64,000 nucleotides of DNA from Owenia fusiformis (lineage: Eukaryota), in the NCBI GenBank assembly GCA_903813345.2, contig CAIIXF020000001.1:27590001-27654000 (forward strand). The letters are read 5' to 3'. Both the position numbers and the translations under genes were made by a program. Position 1 is the stretch's first letter. Every line of letters starts with the position of its first letter. Of the stretch, positions 13,575-27,181 are shown piece by piece. The notes under the pieces are model-generated. The model searched no databases, had not been told where the DNA came from, and saw only the letters and a program-made list of their open reading frames with translations.

Positions 13575-16500
13575 GTTTACCGCACGAGGAAGGGTAAACA
13601 CACAGCAGTTGATGGTGTTTGTGTAGGTATCCCTCGGGGAGAGTGCTTTGGTCTTCTGGGGGTGAACGGAGCAGGGAAAACTACGATGTTCAAAATGTTG
13701 ACAGGGGATGTTCCTGTAACCAAGGGAGATGCGTATCTGGATAAACACAGGTGAGGTACCAGGTGTATGCATAGTGTATGCATATCCTGTCTTATTGTAT
13801 GAAGCCTATAAGTGTTATTCAGTAGGCCCCGAAGAGGAAGTCCATGACATGTCCATATTTTATACATATAATTATGTCTTCACTTCTATTTCAACATAAA
13901 GTACAAAAACATGTAGTAATTAAGAATGAACAGATCACAGAGTGATATTCAGTTTTTGACAATAGAATAATGTTATAGGTGTTGAGATAGCTTTCATTGA
14001 CTGTTATTGCATTTCTTTCACCCACTTTATTAATCATTACTATCCATTCATGCAGTTAAGTATCTTTGGCAGTGCCTGTGGCCATACTTACTGAAATTGA
14101 TGTTAATTTGAGAAATAACTGCTTTATCAACCAAGAAAGATGAAACTACTCAATGTTAGGTGCTGGATGGAAACTCACATAAAATATAGATTTTGCCAAC
14201 TGTTTCTATTCACCATACCTCTCTGTAAATATGTCTAGTAGAGAAAGAGCTAGAGAGAAGCTGTCCGTCTGTTCTTCCGTTTGTCTGATGAATGAATTTT
14301 CAATAATTTGGCTAGCCACTCAATTTAAAATGCCTGCTTTTTGCGAAAAATGTAATCTTTGATAACTCAAATACCAGTTTTGGTTTAAATTTTATATGCC
14401 AATGCCATATGGATATAGAAATCTGAAATAGATAGAAATATAAAAATTTTATATGCTGATGCATTCTGAGCATAGGACTCTGGTCAAGAAGAAATGCTGA
14501 ATTCAGAATGGCTGACATTTCTCATGAAAATTATGATTTTTCTGATAACACATGAAATACCAGTTCCAATTTTATATAAAACACGAATGCCTAATGGTCA
14601 AATGGTCAAGAAAGAATTTAATATATGGTGTCACGTCACATCATGGATGTCGATTTTTCCAAAAGGAGACAAAATCCAGTGTGATTCACTACTCCACGGA
14701 GTAACTAGTAACTAATAACAAATGTTTCTCATATTTACTCTCATGTTAACCAACTGAACTGATTGCCAACACATTCTGAGAAAATCTATAATATTCACAT
14801 TTGTGTCAATGACTCAATTTACAATGAAAAGGATTATCTTGGATAGTTTACAAACCAAAATAATATTTGTGCATTATGTATTGTGACCATCATGTAATGT
14901 TTAAAAGGATATTTGAAGAAACTAAATTAACTGTAGAAAAACATTGGTTCCTGTTCTTAGTAATTATGTTCAATTGATTTTTCATTTAAAACTAATGCAT
15001 GTACTTTGAATTAAAAAGTAATTGGAGACATTCCAAATATTGGGTTGTCTACAGATGCCAGTTTGAATATTGAATATTGGACAAGATCTATTCAAAAGTT
15101 TCTAAGTTCATTTTTGGATTGTATAATACATAGACCTTGATATTGGATAGTTTTTTTTTTACTTAGGCATGAATAATGTCAAAATGCAATGTCTTACAAG
15201 ACAACCAAGATTGCTACTTATTTATCTTCTTATTTCAATTATTCATGTACAGGGTATGTCAAAAAGTTGTTACTTTTTTGAGTCCCATCTGATTGTTACT
15301 GATTTTTTTATGCTTTCAGTATTCTAACAGAGATGACGTCAGTGCACCAAAGTCTTGGGTACTGTCCTCAATTTGACGCCCTTGACCCTTTACTAACTGG
15401 CGAAGAACATCTACAGTTTTATGCCAGACTGAGGGGCGTACCAGAGAAAGAAGTAACGACTGTAAGTCTGTGATTCTGTGATTCTAGTGCTCATTTCTCA
15501 AATGTATCGTATTTCTTTAAATTGTCAGTTCAGTAGTTTTACATTATGTGGATAAACAATTTGTTCATCTGTACGCTATTAATGGTTCTAATTGTTCCCA
15601 ATTGCACCACTGTCGTGATAGGTAAAGAGAGAGACAATTTAAGCCAATTGATCTATAGTGTGCTCAGTGTAATTCCAAACTGACAATGAAGAATGGTGAT
15701 GAGTACATAATGTAATATATTGCATACTCTTAATCCTATTAATAACATCATCAGATAATAAATATTGATTGCAAAATAATTTGCTAATTAATAAGTACAA
15801 TATATCATTTCCAGGTAGCAAAATGGTGCATACAGAAGCTAGGGCTAAGTGCTTATGCAAATAAATGCTCTGAAGACTATTCCGGAGGGAACAAACGTAA
15901 ACTGTCAACAGCGATATCTCTAGTTGGCAACCCACCTGTTGTGTTTCTCGTAAGTACATGTATGCCAAAGAAAACAGCATTTGTCCCATTTGTCCCACTG
16001 ATGTGCTAATATGTTTGTCAAATGGGGTATCAGGCCCGTTGCCAGGATTTGCCAAAGGGGGCTTCACTTTTTGAAAAATTCCAGGGAGGGTTCACTTTTG
16101 ACAATTTTGTTGCAAAAATGGCCAAAATCACTTTAAAAGTGCTCAGAAAGGTGAAAAACTGCATGATTTTGAAATAATTTTTTGGCCAGGGGGAGAAGTC
16201 TTCTAAACTTCTAAACTCTCTGCAATATTTGAACACAGAGTGATTTATTATAAAAACTATAAATTACTTTTTAATTACTTTAAAATTGTGAAATGACTGA
16301 TGATCTTAATGCAACTCTAGAAGGTACAAATAAATTAAATTATTCAATGCAAAATTATATTAGTTGACATAGAGCAGTATGGCAGGCTATATATGTTTCT
16401 ATAGTATAAATATGTAACTATATTGAGCATATTTTTATCCCATAGGATGAGCCTACAACTGGGATGGACCCTAAAGCTAGAAGGTTTCTCTGGAACTGCA

Positions 16501-19500
16501 TCTCAAATAACATTAAACAAGGAAGATCAGTTATTCTCACTTCTCATAGGTAAACATTCATTCACTTCTCATTAGTAAATCATCCATTTATTCACTTCTC
16601 ATAGGTAAACCCAGCGATTATTTAAAGCTATACAAGCCTATATATATATATATATATATATAGGTACCTTATTCTCTTCATGGTATGTTTAGCTATGCAT
16701 TCACATCTCACATTAAAGCTCTGTGTACATATGTAGAGTATCACAAAGTGTTGTATATGTTTCCAGTATGGAGGAATGTGAGGCACTATGTGGGAGGATT
16801 GCCATGTAGAGTAACATAATGTGTTGTATATGTTTCCAGTATGGAGGAATGTGAGGCCCTATGTGGGAGAATAGCCATCATGGTCAATGGAAAGTTCCAA
16901 TGTCTCGGCAGTGTACAACATTTAAAAAATAGGTGAGAGGCATCAGGCATGATCAGGGTGCCCTCCTGATTTTTGCATTAGATTTGACTTGGTAAAGCGT
17001 GCCATATTTAGCTCTTGGAATCCTAAGATACACCATAGTAATTAGAGCTAAGTGTAAAATCTTTTGGATGGCAAAATGAAATTACATGTATACTTAAATT
17101 AGAATGAAATCTATAAATAAGTTGGTAACTTTCTAGACTGAAATGAGGCCTCAAAGACTGTGTAAACTGGCGAAATAATTTTTTTAATGTTTTATTGATA
17201 ATATATTCAATTTTTGTCTTAACTCAACTTCCCTAACTGATGAATAAGTTGGGGGAGACAACACCTGTTTGATGGAGAATTTACTCCCTAAATGAATAAA
17301 ATATTTAATGATACTATATGTACTTGTTCCGATCAATCTAATTAAATAGCGCTTTCACCCAATTTATAGCAGCCTAGATTTCACCCAACATTTCTGATGT
17401 ATTTCAGGTTTGGTGAGGGGTATACCATCATATTAAGAGTATCTGGCTCCAATCCAATTCTAACTCCTCTAATAAAGAGATTAGAGCAACATTTCCCCGA
17501 TGCTCTCCTGAAGGAGAAGCACCACAACATGCTGCAATATCAATTGGGGGAGAAAGGCGACTCACTTGCAAATATATTCTCAACCATGGAGAATCTTAGA
17601 GTAGAGTTTAACATTGAAGACTATAGTGTTAGTCAAACTACATTGGACCAGGTAAGTGGTTGTTAAATACAGGGTGCACCTTTGAAATACAGGGTGTCCC
17701 TTTGTAATACAGGGTGTCCCTTGATGATACAGGCTATACTTTTGTAATATAAGGTGTCCCTTGGTAATACAGGGTGTTCCTTGGTAAAAGGGATTAACCT
17801 TTTTAGAACAATGGTGTCCATTTGTAATACAGGGTGTCCCTTTGTAATACAATGTGACTGTATCCTTACTTTTGTAATGCAGGGTTTCACATTCTGTTAT
17901 AATGTGCATATTTTTATGTGCGTTAGTGAATTTCAACGAATAAGTTGCAAATAAAAAGGTTGAAATTTTTTTTTTATATACATAACAGCTGTAGGTAGAT
18001 CAGCTACACACAGAGCTATCACACAGATACATCCTTTATAAAAGTTGAATAATGAATGTTTTTCCAGGTCTTTATAAACTTCGCCAAGAAGCAGTCTGAC
18101 TTACTGGATGATGAACTAGCTGCCCAAGCAGCAGTAGGTGGAGAGTCAGAATCTCAGAGTAATCAAAACAAATCTGGTAAGTTACTTTGTTATTATTGAA
18201 CTTCCTAATGTATAGTGATAACCATGCTGCTGTAGTAAATTGCAGAGATCAAATGTGTAAAACAACAACTTAACAGGAATGTAGTTTTGGGGGATTTGAC
18301 AAAATTGGTACCAGTACTAATAGGGGCTCATATGGTAGCCAAAGGTGGGCCCGTCAGTGAGCAAATTTGAACCACATTATTTATCTCGGGAAACATGTCA
18401 GATTTAATGATTTGGAACTTTGACGCCCAAAAAGTGACCATTATGGATAGCTTTTCTAGGTTTTATACCCCCCGAGGTTATTTTCGAGGGGGTCTCAACT
18501 CTTTCTTAATAACTTTAAAAATATTAAAGAAATGTGTCTGAAACTTGCAGGGTACCTTCCTGGGGTCAACACATAGCTGTATTGAAAGTTTAGGATTATT
18601 TGAAATAATGGTTGCTATAGCAACCAAGAAAATGTGTTTCCAAACTGGCAATTTACAGCAATTTTGGCCTGTAGCAACCTGGTTGAAGTTAGATATTTTT
18701 TCTATTGATGAATTTTCACATTGTTAATTGGTTTCAAAAACACACTACAACTGTATTCTTTCATTTTATTGCAGATTAGAATTGACACCATGAGTATTAA
18801 AGGTCCATAATCATACATGAATGAACCCATCCCCCAAATTCTATAAAAAGTGGGCGTGGCACCAGACATGTACCAGTTTGTAATTCATAAGTTTAAACAC
18901 CCAATAAATAATGTTAATATTTATGTTACCATGTTTCCAGTGGTAGTTGAAGAAGTTCTTTTAAAAAACTAGATATATTACCATGGAAACCATATATTTA
19001 TGTTGCCATAGCAACAGAACTTTGGTAATGAAATAGCCAATAATTTGATCGAAGCCCTCATGCATGTGGTTCCATATATACAAAAATCAAATGTCCTGTA
19101 TCTCTCAAAGATCTTAAAACCTTCCTGGGGTCAACACAGAGCTGTATTGAAACTTTGGGGTTATTTGGAGTAATGGTTGCTATAGCAACCAAGAAAATGT
19201 GTTTCCGAGCTGGACAATTTATGGCAATTTGGCCCCACTGCAACTTGGTTGGAGTTTGATATTTTTTCTAGTGATGAATTTTCACATTGATAATTGGTTT
19301 CTAAAACACTTCTGTATTCTTTCATTTTATTGCAGATTAGAATGACACCATTAGTATGAAAGGTCCATAATCATACATGAATGAACCCCCCCCCCTGTCT
19401 ATAAGAAGTGGGTGTGGCACCAGACATGTACCACTTTGTAATTCATGAGTATAAAAACCCAATAAATAATGTTGATATTTATGTTACCATGTTTCCAGTG

Positions 19501-22500
19501 GTAGTTGAAGAAGTTCTCCTAAAAATATAATCATATAATAAATATATATATATCATGGAAACCATACATTTATGTTGCCATAGAAACAACTTTGGTCTGT
19601 TAACGCAAGGCTTAATGAAATTATTGTTCATTTGGCAGAATATATATCCTAGTAGTTTACACTCTTTGTAGTTCACATTTGTATGAGCTACTATTATAGT
19701 ATATCTGACACATCTCTATTCTATAGTGATACTTTTACATTTGCTTGCAGAACGTGATATGTGATAGGCCCCAGAGTGATGGCACTCAGAAGACTGCATA
19801 TGATATCAAATAAAGCTTGAAAAACAGATAAGTAATACAGCATACTATGACTCTGTCATTTAAACAACAGATGAAGCTGTAAAGTTCTTAAACCAGTCTA
19901 TTTCAGTTCTCCTCAGTCCTTTGTGAAACTTCACCTATATAATTTTGAAGCTCATATGTGGGTTCTGATTCTTCTGGATCTGTCATAGCTGGCCTCATCA
20001 CATCAACAAGATCTTGTCGTAATATGTTTGATGTGCACCAGTCTAGTTCTAGTACACAAGATAAATTATTTTTCAACCCATTCCCTCTGGGAGATGAGAG
20101 TTCAGGCTTGAGTTGCACACAAACTCTTCAATTACAGCCTGTGTTCCAGTTGTAATATTTGTAGATGACCCAATACATTAATTGAATGCATCTTGGTATT
20201 TCTGGCTATTTCATAGCAGAGTTGGAGGCCTGGTTTTTCCTCGTTGAACAAATGCACTAACACAATAACAACCTGTGAGAATGGTGTATCATCAAGACTA
20301 GAAAATCTGTGTCTGGGGAATGTACAATAATGTTCTTTGACTGATCAAAACGTCTTCACATGTATTCATCTTGGTGTTTGCTTCTTCTTGTGTTGACAGT
20401 AGATTGTTATCAACATATATTTTATTGAATCTATGTATTTGATAGCTGTCAGTTAAGAAATCTACCCTCTCTGACTTCAGTGGTAGCATGTCAAACACTT
20501 GCTCTGCCAGTTCTTCAAATGTGGATAGACGCTGCACTAAGCTGTGATAGATAGCATTACCATCATATATGTAGAATGATTCATCTTTTGCTGGTCTTGA
20601 AGGATAATGTTGGAGATTCTCAAGAGTATTTGGGAGTGTTGCTTTTGCTGCCTTCGCTGGCAGACCATCAGGAGACCCTAGCGCCCATGGCACTGGACTA
20701 AGCGGATACTCTAAAACTTTCTTGTTCTCTTGAGATATAAGAACTAACTGTCAAAAAATATTCCTCTAAACTTGTTGTCAGATGTTTTCAGGATGTCCTT
20801 CTCGATTGTCACAAATGTCTTCACCTTTATTCTTTTCACTGGATCTTGAAAACTTTTGGTGTCACTCACAAGTCTTTATTCAAATTCCACCTTGCCTCTA
20901 GACCTGACATGCAGTAGGTCCTGATGATAGACAGTAGAGTTGATCATAGCATCTGTCTCAAAGGGGTCTAAAAAGTTACCTATTGCGGCCCTTGCTTTTG
21001 AAACACCTTCAGAGCCTGCTATGTTTACACAGTAGTAGGCATTTGAATTGGTGATAAATCCAATTACCCACACCCTAAGATTTCGCACTCTGATTGATAG
21101 TCTGTTCAGTGGTTTGATCAACTGGCAAATGTAGTGCAGGTACTTGGGACCTGTTAACACTAAACCCAAGGTCTCTCAATAGCCTTTCTTTCTCTTGGTT
21201 TGTATGCTTGAGGTTAGCAAGCATGACATATTGTGCTGTTAGATATATAGCATAGTTGGACTGGTCCATTGCGAAGAATAGTGGACATAGGTCTTGTTGT
21301 AGACACTAGACAGAGTAAGTGGAGGTCAAAATCATTCTCTGCTAGCTTGGATGAATCGTGATATTACATGACAATAACCTCTTGTGAGAGCATGGGGATT
21401 GGTAGCTGGCTGATAAACTTGTCTAACAAATTCCTTTGTAGCAACTCCAGGAAGATTTTGGGCACTCTGATTGATCTATTATAATGGTTTCCAGTTAGCA
21501 CACCTTCAAGAGATCCACTAGCATATATGCCAGCTTCAATGATGATCTCAGAGAAACCTTGAAACCAAAACCAATGAATCAATAGCCAGAAATACCAAGA
21601 TGCATTCAATTAATGTATTGGGTCATCTACAAATATTACAACTGAAACACAGGCTGTAATTGAAGAGTTTGTGTGCAACACAAGCCTGAACTCTCATCTC
21701 CCAGAGGCATTGGGTTGAAAAATAATTTATCTTGTGTACTAGAACTAGACTGGTGCACATCAAATATATTACGACAAGATCTTGTTGATGTGATGAAGCC
21801 AGCTATGACAGATCCGGAAGAGTCAGAACCCACATAGGAGCTTCAAAATTATATGGGTGAAGTTTCACAAAGGACTGAGGAGAAATGAAATAGACTGGTT
21901 TAAGAATTTTGCAGCTTCATCTGTTGGTTAAATGACAGGGTCATAGTATGCTGTACTACTTATCTCTTTTTCAAGCTTCATTTGATATCATATGCAGTCT
22001 TCTGAGTGCCATCACTCTGGGGCCTATCACATATCACTTTCTGCAAGCAAATGTAAAAGTATCACTATAGAATAGAGATGTGTCAGATATACTAGATTAT
22101 CCTACACTTAGTGTACTAAATGTATAATAACATGAAAAAATAAATTTGATATTTATTGGCAAAATGAATATCCGGAGGATATCGTTACGATATACTCCGG
22201 GCGGAGGATATCGTGACGATATACTCCGGAAAACCCAATATGCAGAGGATATTGTGACGATATACTCCGCTTGTTAATTTCCCGCCAAATTGACTCTATT
22301 TGGCATGAAATTCATTTTACAATGATATTATACATTCAGTACACTCCTTGTAAGTGTAGGATAATAAGAACATCCTATGATTTTTTTCAGAATATCATTT
22401 TAATCTACTCAGCGATATTGATATATGCACTCATTCGCTTCGCTCTCTCGTGCAGATATCAATATCACCTCGTAGATAAAAATGATATTCCTCAAAATCA

Positions 22501-25500
22501 TAGGATACCCTATAAATAGTAGCTCATACAAATATGAACTACAAAGAATGTAAACTACTAGGATATATATTCAGCCAATACAGTTTACTCATACATTTGT
22601 TGTTTTCTCTAAATGGCCAAATGAATAGTCAAATGAACAATAATTTCATTAAGCCTTACGTTAACAGACCAAAGTTGTTTCTATGGCAACATAAATGTAT
22701 GGTTTCCATGATAATATATTTATATATGATATTATATATATATATATTTATTATATCATTATATTTTTAGGAGAACTTCTTCAACTACCACTGGTAACAT
22801 AAATATCAACATTATTTATTGGTTTTTTATACTCATGAATTACAATGTGGTACAAGTCTGGTGCCACACCCACTTCTTATAGACGGGGGGGGGGGGGGTG
22901 GTGGGTTCATTCATGTATGATTATGGACCTTTCATACTAATGGTGTCATTCTAATCTGCAATAAAATGAAAGAATACAGTTGTAGTGTGTTTTAGAAACC
23001 AATTATCAATGTGAAAATTCATCACTAGAAAAAATATCAAACTCCAACCAAGTTGCAGTGGGGCAAAATTGCCATAAATTCTCCAGCTCGGAAACACAGT
23101 TTCTTGGTTGCTATAGCAACCATTACTCCAAATAATCCCAAAGTTTCAATACAGCTCTGTGTTGACCCCAGGAAGGTTTTGAGATCTTTGAGAGATACAG
23201 GACATTTGATTTTTGTATATATGGAACCACATGCATGAAGGCTTCGATCAAATTATTGGCTATTTCATTACCATAGTTCTGTTGCTATGGCAACATAAAT
23301 ATATGGTTTCCATGGCAATATATCTAGTTTTTTAAAAGAACTTCTTCGACTACCACTGGAAACATGGTAACATAAATATCAACATTATTTATTGGGTGTT
23401 TAAACTTATGAATTACAAACTGGTACATGTCTGGTGCCACGCCCACTTTTTATAGACTTTGGGGGGTGGTTCATTCATGTATGATTATGGACCTTTAATA
23501 CTAATGGTGTCAATTCTAATCTGCAATAAAATGAAAGAATACAGTTGTAGTGTGTTTTTGAAACCAATTAACAATGTGAAAATTCATCAATAGAAAAAAT
23601 AGCTAACTTCAACCAGGTTGCTACAGGCCAAAATTGCTGTAAATTGCCAGTTCGGAAACACATTTTCTTGGTTGCTATAGCAACCATTATTTCAAATAAT
23701 CCTAAACTTTCAATACAGCTATGTGTTGACCCCAGGAAGGTACCCTGCAAGTTTCAGACACATATCTTTAATATTTTTAAAGTTATTAAGAAAGAGTTGA
23801 GACCCCCTCGAAAATAACATCGGGGGGTATAAAACCTAGAAAAGCTATCCATAATGGTCGCTTTTTGGGCGTCAAAGTTCCAAATCATTAAATCTGACAT
23901 GTTTCCCGAGATAAATAATGTGGTTCAAATTTGCTCACTGACGGGCCCACCTTTGGCTACCATATGAGCCCCTATAAGCTCCCCAAAAGAATCCTGGTAT
24001 ATCTTATCTGATCTGATATTTTTTTTTCTTTTTATATTTAGTGTTTAGCTTCACTTTGGGACTTGGGAAATTTTCACATTTCTCTTTTCTTCTTTCGCAA
24101 CTAACACTGGATAAACTTTGGTTCTTGCAACTAGTTTGGGTATATTAGTAGAAGCCTTTCTTAAATCAAATGCAAATGTTAAATCAAAAAGCTCAATTAA
24201 AATACTGTGTTTTATTCCTGTATAGCGCAGTCAACATTTTCACGATTCTGTCGGTCATTTAAAGTCAAATGTAAGTTTTTCAAATTCAAGATTTAGATAT
24301 GCATGAGTGAAATTTTCCCTCTAGTTTTTTTTTATTGATGGTATGCTTGATGATATGAACAAAAGAGGTTTCTTAGTCCCCAGTTAAGTTTGTTCCCATT
24401 AATTAAGCTTCACATATTTATTCACAGTTGAAAATGAATCCTTGGGAAACATTTTTTGATCAGATAGACCTCTTTAGTTTTAGTTTGACCTGTTCTTTCA
24501 ATCCAACGCTACTAATATATGAGTTGATTTAAATAGGCTAATGAAAAGCTTTTTGCTCGGGACTTGATTTCAAGATTAACATCTCTAATTTGCTAAACCT
24601 TCTAATAAAATAAAAAGCGACTAAAGATTCTCTTCTTGACATCTATTTCCACTCATCTTTCTTAAGAATGCCCATAAATGCCTATTCCCATGGCCAAGAG
24701 CTTTCATCAAGACAGAGAAATGTGTTTTATTTGTTCTCATAACATTCACTTAAAAACCAGGAAGTCAATCGGAGAATCTTTGGCAGCATAAAGTGTTATT
24801 TTGGCGAATCAGACATTGACAGTAAATGCTCATGGGCTGTAATACTACGCTTCCCATCTCTCCCTATATATTTAGACTGAATCCATCTTGACATAGAAAT
24901 ATGAATAATTAGAAAGATGGAGGAAAGATAGAGGAAAGGTCTGATGTAAGACAACTTTGAGGTATTGAATGAAGTATTCACTCATTTTGATTGATCTTTT
25001 GGACAAATATTTTTATCTGACAAAAACATGTGCACTTTATAATAAGTATGTACACACGTCCCAGTTTCACCCTTAAGTTCCATGGAAAACCTTTATATTA
25101 CAAAAGACTTGTACTTGTTCATTGACTTCTGTTGGAAATTGTAAAATCATTTAATTTGGCATGAGTGTCCAAAATGTGAAGGCTTCATTTATACCACAAG
25201 TTGAGGATGGGTCATAATGCCTGATTGATTAAACAACTAACATTGCTGGTTCAATCTACTTTTTTCTGCACCCTCTCGGGCATGCCATCCAGAAGACGCA
25301 TCAGTCAGGGTGAGGTACGGATCTATCAAGGAATCTAATACCGATGACTCACAGGTATTAAATGGATTCTATTTACTGTTACAGCTTTGCTCTAAGTATA
25401 AAATTATTCTGCATTTTGGCACCTATTTCACGGCTTTTAGCTTGGCACTTCTTAAAACCAAATACTGTACTTCTACTTCATTTGGCAGCTGTCTTAATTT

Positions 25501-27181
25501 GCCAGATACACCAAATCCTCAAAGTCCGCCAAATTAAGTAGCTACCAAATCCCCTTGTAATTTTAGTTACATGTAAATTAGTACCATTAGTGCATTGCAA
25601 TATTACAGTATATTGCGCCAAATCTTCACAACATCAAATCTGCCGAAATAAGTTGCACCAAATTAAGTAGATGTACAGAAATAGGCTAGCTGCATGTGTC
25701 TTTTGGACAAATTGTTTATGGAGTACCTTTTACCTTGGAGATATTTTATCTGTGTAATATACTGTAGTTTGCTAGTTTCTCATAATGAAGTCCCAAAGAT
25801 AACTCTCTTTGGCATTATATAATGTGCAATTATGTACCTTTTCAACAAGTTCTGAATTCTGACATCAATATTTGACACTCGTCTTTTTTGAAAAATAAAT
25901 ATCTTTTCATTTCGTTTCATCTTTCATGGCAAAGATGTTTTTCAAATTGATAGGAATTTCTTTTTCTATGTGCAGTACATTGTTTATCACTAAAATTGGA
26001 ATCAATGTCATTATTCAAATGAATAACCAGTGGGTGTACCTTCAAAATGAAACTGGATGGGTTTTCATTTCAAAGGAAACATACCTGGAATTAAGCCTAA
26101 CTATGCACTTAATATCTGAGGCGTAATTACTAATTGTAAGGCATAGTCTTGTGTTGCCCACGGGACACAAATTAAATTATTTCTCACTAGAATTACCAGT
26201 TTTTGTGTCAATATATGCTACAATTACCAGTTGTTGTGTCAATATGTGCTATAATTACCAGTTGTTTTGTCAATATGTACTACAATTACCAGTTGTTGTG
26301 TCAATATATGCTACAATTACCAGTTGTTGTGTCAATATGTACTAGAATTACTACATGCCACATTGTAGATGTACACACAGATGTAGAAGTTGATATGGCA
26401 ATACACATACAATTCACATGTTGTACAATTGTATATTCCCACAGACCCACTTTGACTCACTACACTACACTCTTATCTTTTAGGAGTACAATTTAGTCAA
26501 ATAAGATGTCTGTGCTTTAATTAAAGAAGCAATCCCTTTACCTCTGAATCCCAAATACCAAAAACTATATAAGAGATAGTGGCGTATGATACCTAAAATC
26601 TCAATTTTTGGATATGCAACATTAAAAAGTAGAGATACCTTCATACCAACAGATCTTTGGAAGAAAAACAATCATTTATGTATAATTATAGAATTTATGG
26701 ATCCTAATTTATGATTATATATTTATTATTATATAACTGTAGACTGTAACTGATACGTCATTCTGAGCAATACCTGTAAAGTAAGACCTGTCTAAGTGGA
26801 ATGGAACAGATTTGGTACCTCTAAAAGTGTTTCACTTGGGAGATGTTCCATTTATAGAGGTTCATTTAACATTAATCAGTTGGTCTTGGGACTCTGAAAA
26901 GTATACCACTAATAGAGAGGTGTTCCATTTCTAGAGATTTTTCGCTTTTACATATTTCCCTGTACATGCCTGCAAATGACTACTATATAAAGATATCCTT
27001 TAACATGCATTTCTATTAAATATTATGTACTATATTATTTGCAGACCTGACCAGTGGAGTTCACTATGACAATGTACAGGAAACTGATCATGAGCCTAGT
27101 CTCTATGGCAGCCAGGTTGACTTGTTGCCAGGCAACTCACATGCCAATCCAGCCAATCAACAAACTCTTTCCTTTGCATAG
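13575..27181 (+). CDS. ABCA1: ABCA subfamily lipid transporter (ABCA1-like), 3' exons encoding NBD2, R2 and the C-terminus; 5' part lies upstream of the window
   Basis: GT-AG exons in consistent phase: 13575-13750 ([16 protein letters not shown], Walker A), 15320-15461 (GYCPQFDA), 15815-15949 ([10 protein letters not shown] signature), 16446-16549 ([16 protein letters not shown]), 16840-16932 (SMEECEALC), 17408-17651 ([12 protein letters not shown]), 18068-18176 ([11 protein letters not shown]), and a probable last exon 27045-27181 (DLTSG...TLSFA*, less certain). The symbol marks the closest recognisable paralogue type, not proven orthology. Confidence 0.9.
17665..17885. repeat. ~20-bp minisatellite (TTTGTAATACAGGGTGTCCC-like)
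   Basis: About 10 imperfect tandem units immediately after the splice donor at 17652. Confidence 0.85.
19903..21565 (-). pseudogene. Fragmented Academ transposase/XPG-like nuclease
   Basis: Frameshifted and deleted pieces with family motifs: [80 protein letters not shown] (XPG/PIN-like EEADT), [15 protein letters not shown]. Confidence 0.8.
22095..22513. mobile_element. Small non-autonomous insertion with internal hairpins (possibly Crypton-type) in the right Academ arm
   Basis: Absent from the left arm (GATATACTA/TAATAGTAGC is contiguous there). ATTATCCTACACTTA pairs with TAAGTGTAGGATAAT; hairpin 22371-22507; three GAGGATATYGTKACGATATACTCCG repeats; no clear TSD. Confidence 0.55.
26190..26350. 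repeat. 31-bp minisatellite, ~5 copies
   Basis: CAATTACCAGTTGTTGTGTCAATATATGCTA tandem units. Confidence 0.9.

Larger units (their letters stand above)
18321..23974 (-). mobile_element. Academ (AcademX-type) DNA transposon relic with ~1.9-kb inverted arms, in the last ABCA intron
   Basis: Termini TAGGGGCTCATATGG...CCATATGAGCCCCTA with a 3-bp TSD TAA (18318-20 and 23975-77); TAG...CTA ends and 3-4-bp TSDs are Academ hallmarks. Arms 18321-~20212 and ~21581-23974 are inverted copies, each with an internal ~0.55-kb duplication. Confidence 0.85.

Noticed and set aside
18545-23750. Paired short ORFs (60-65 aa) on opposite strands
   Set aside because: Artefacts of the Academ inverted arms.
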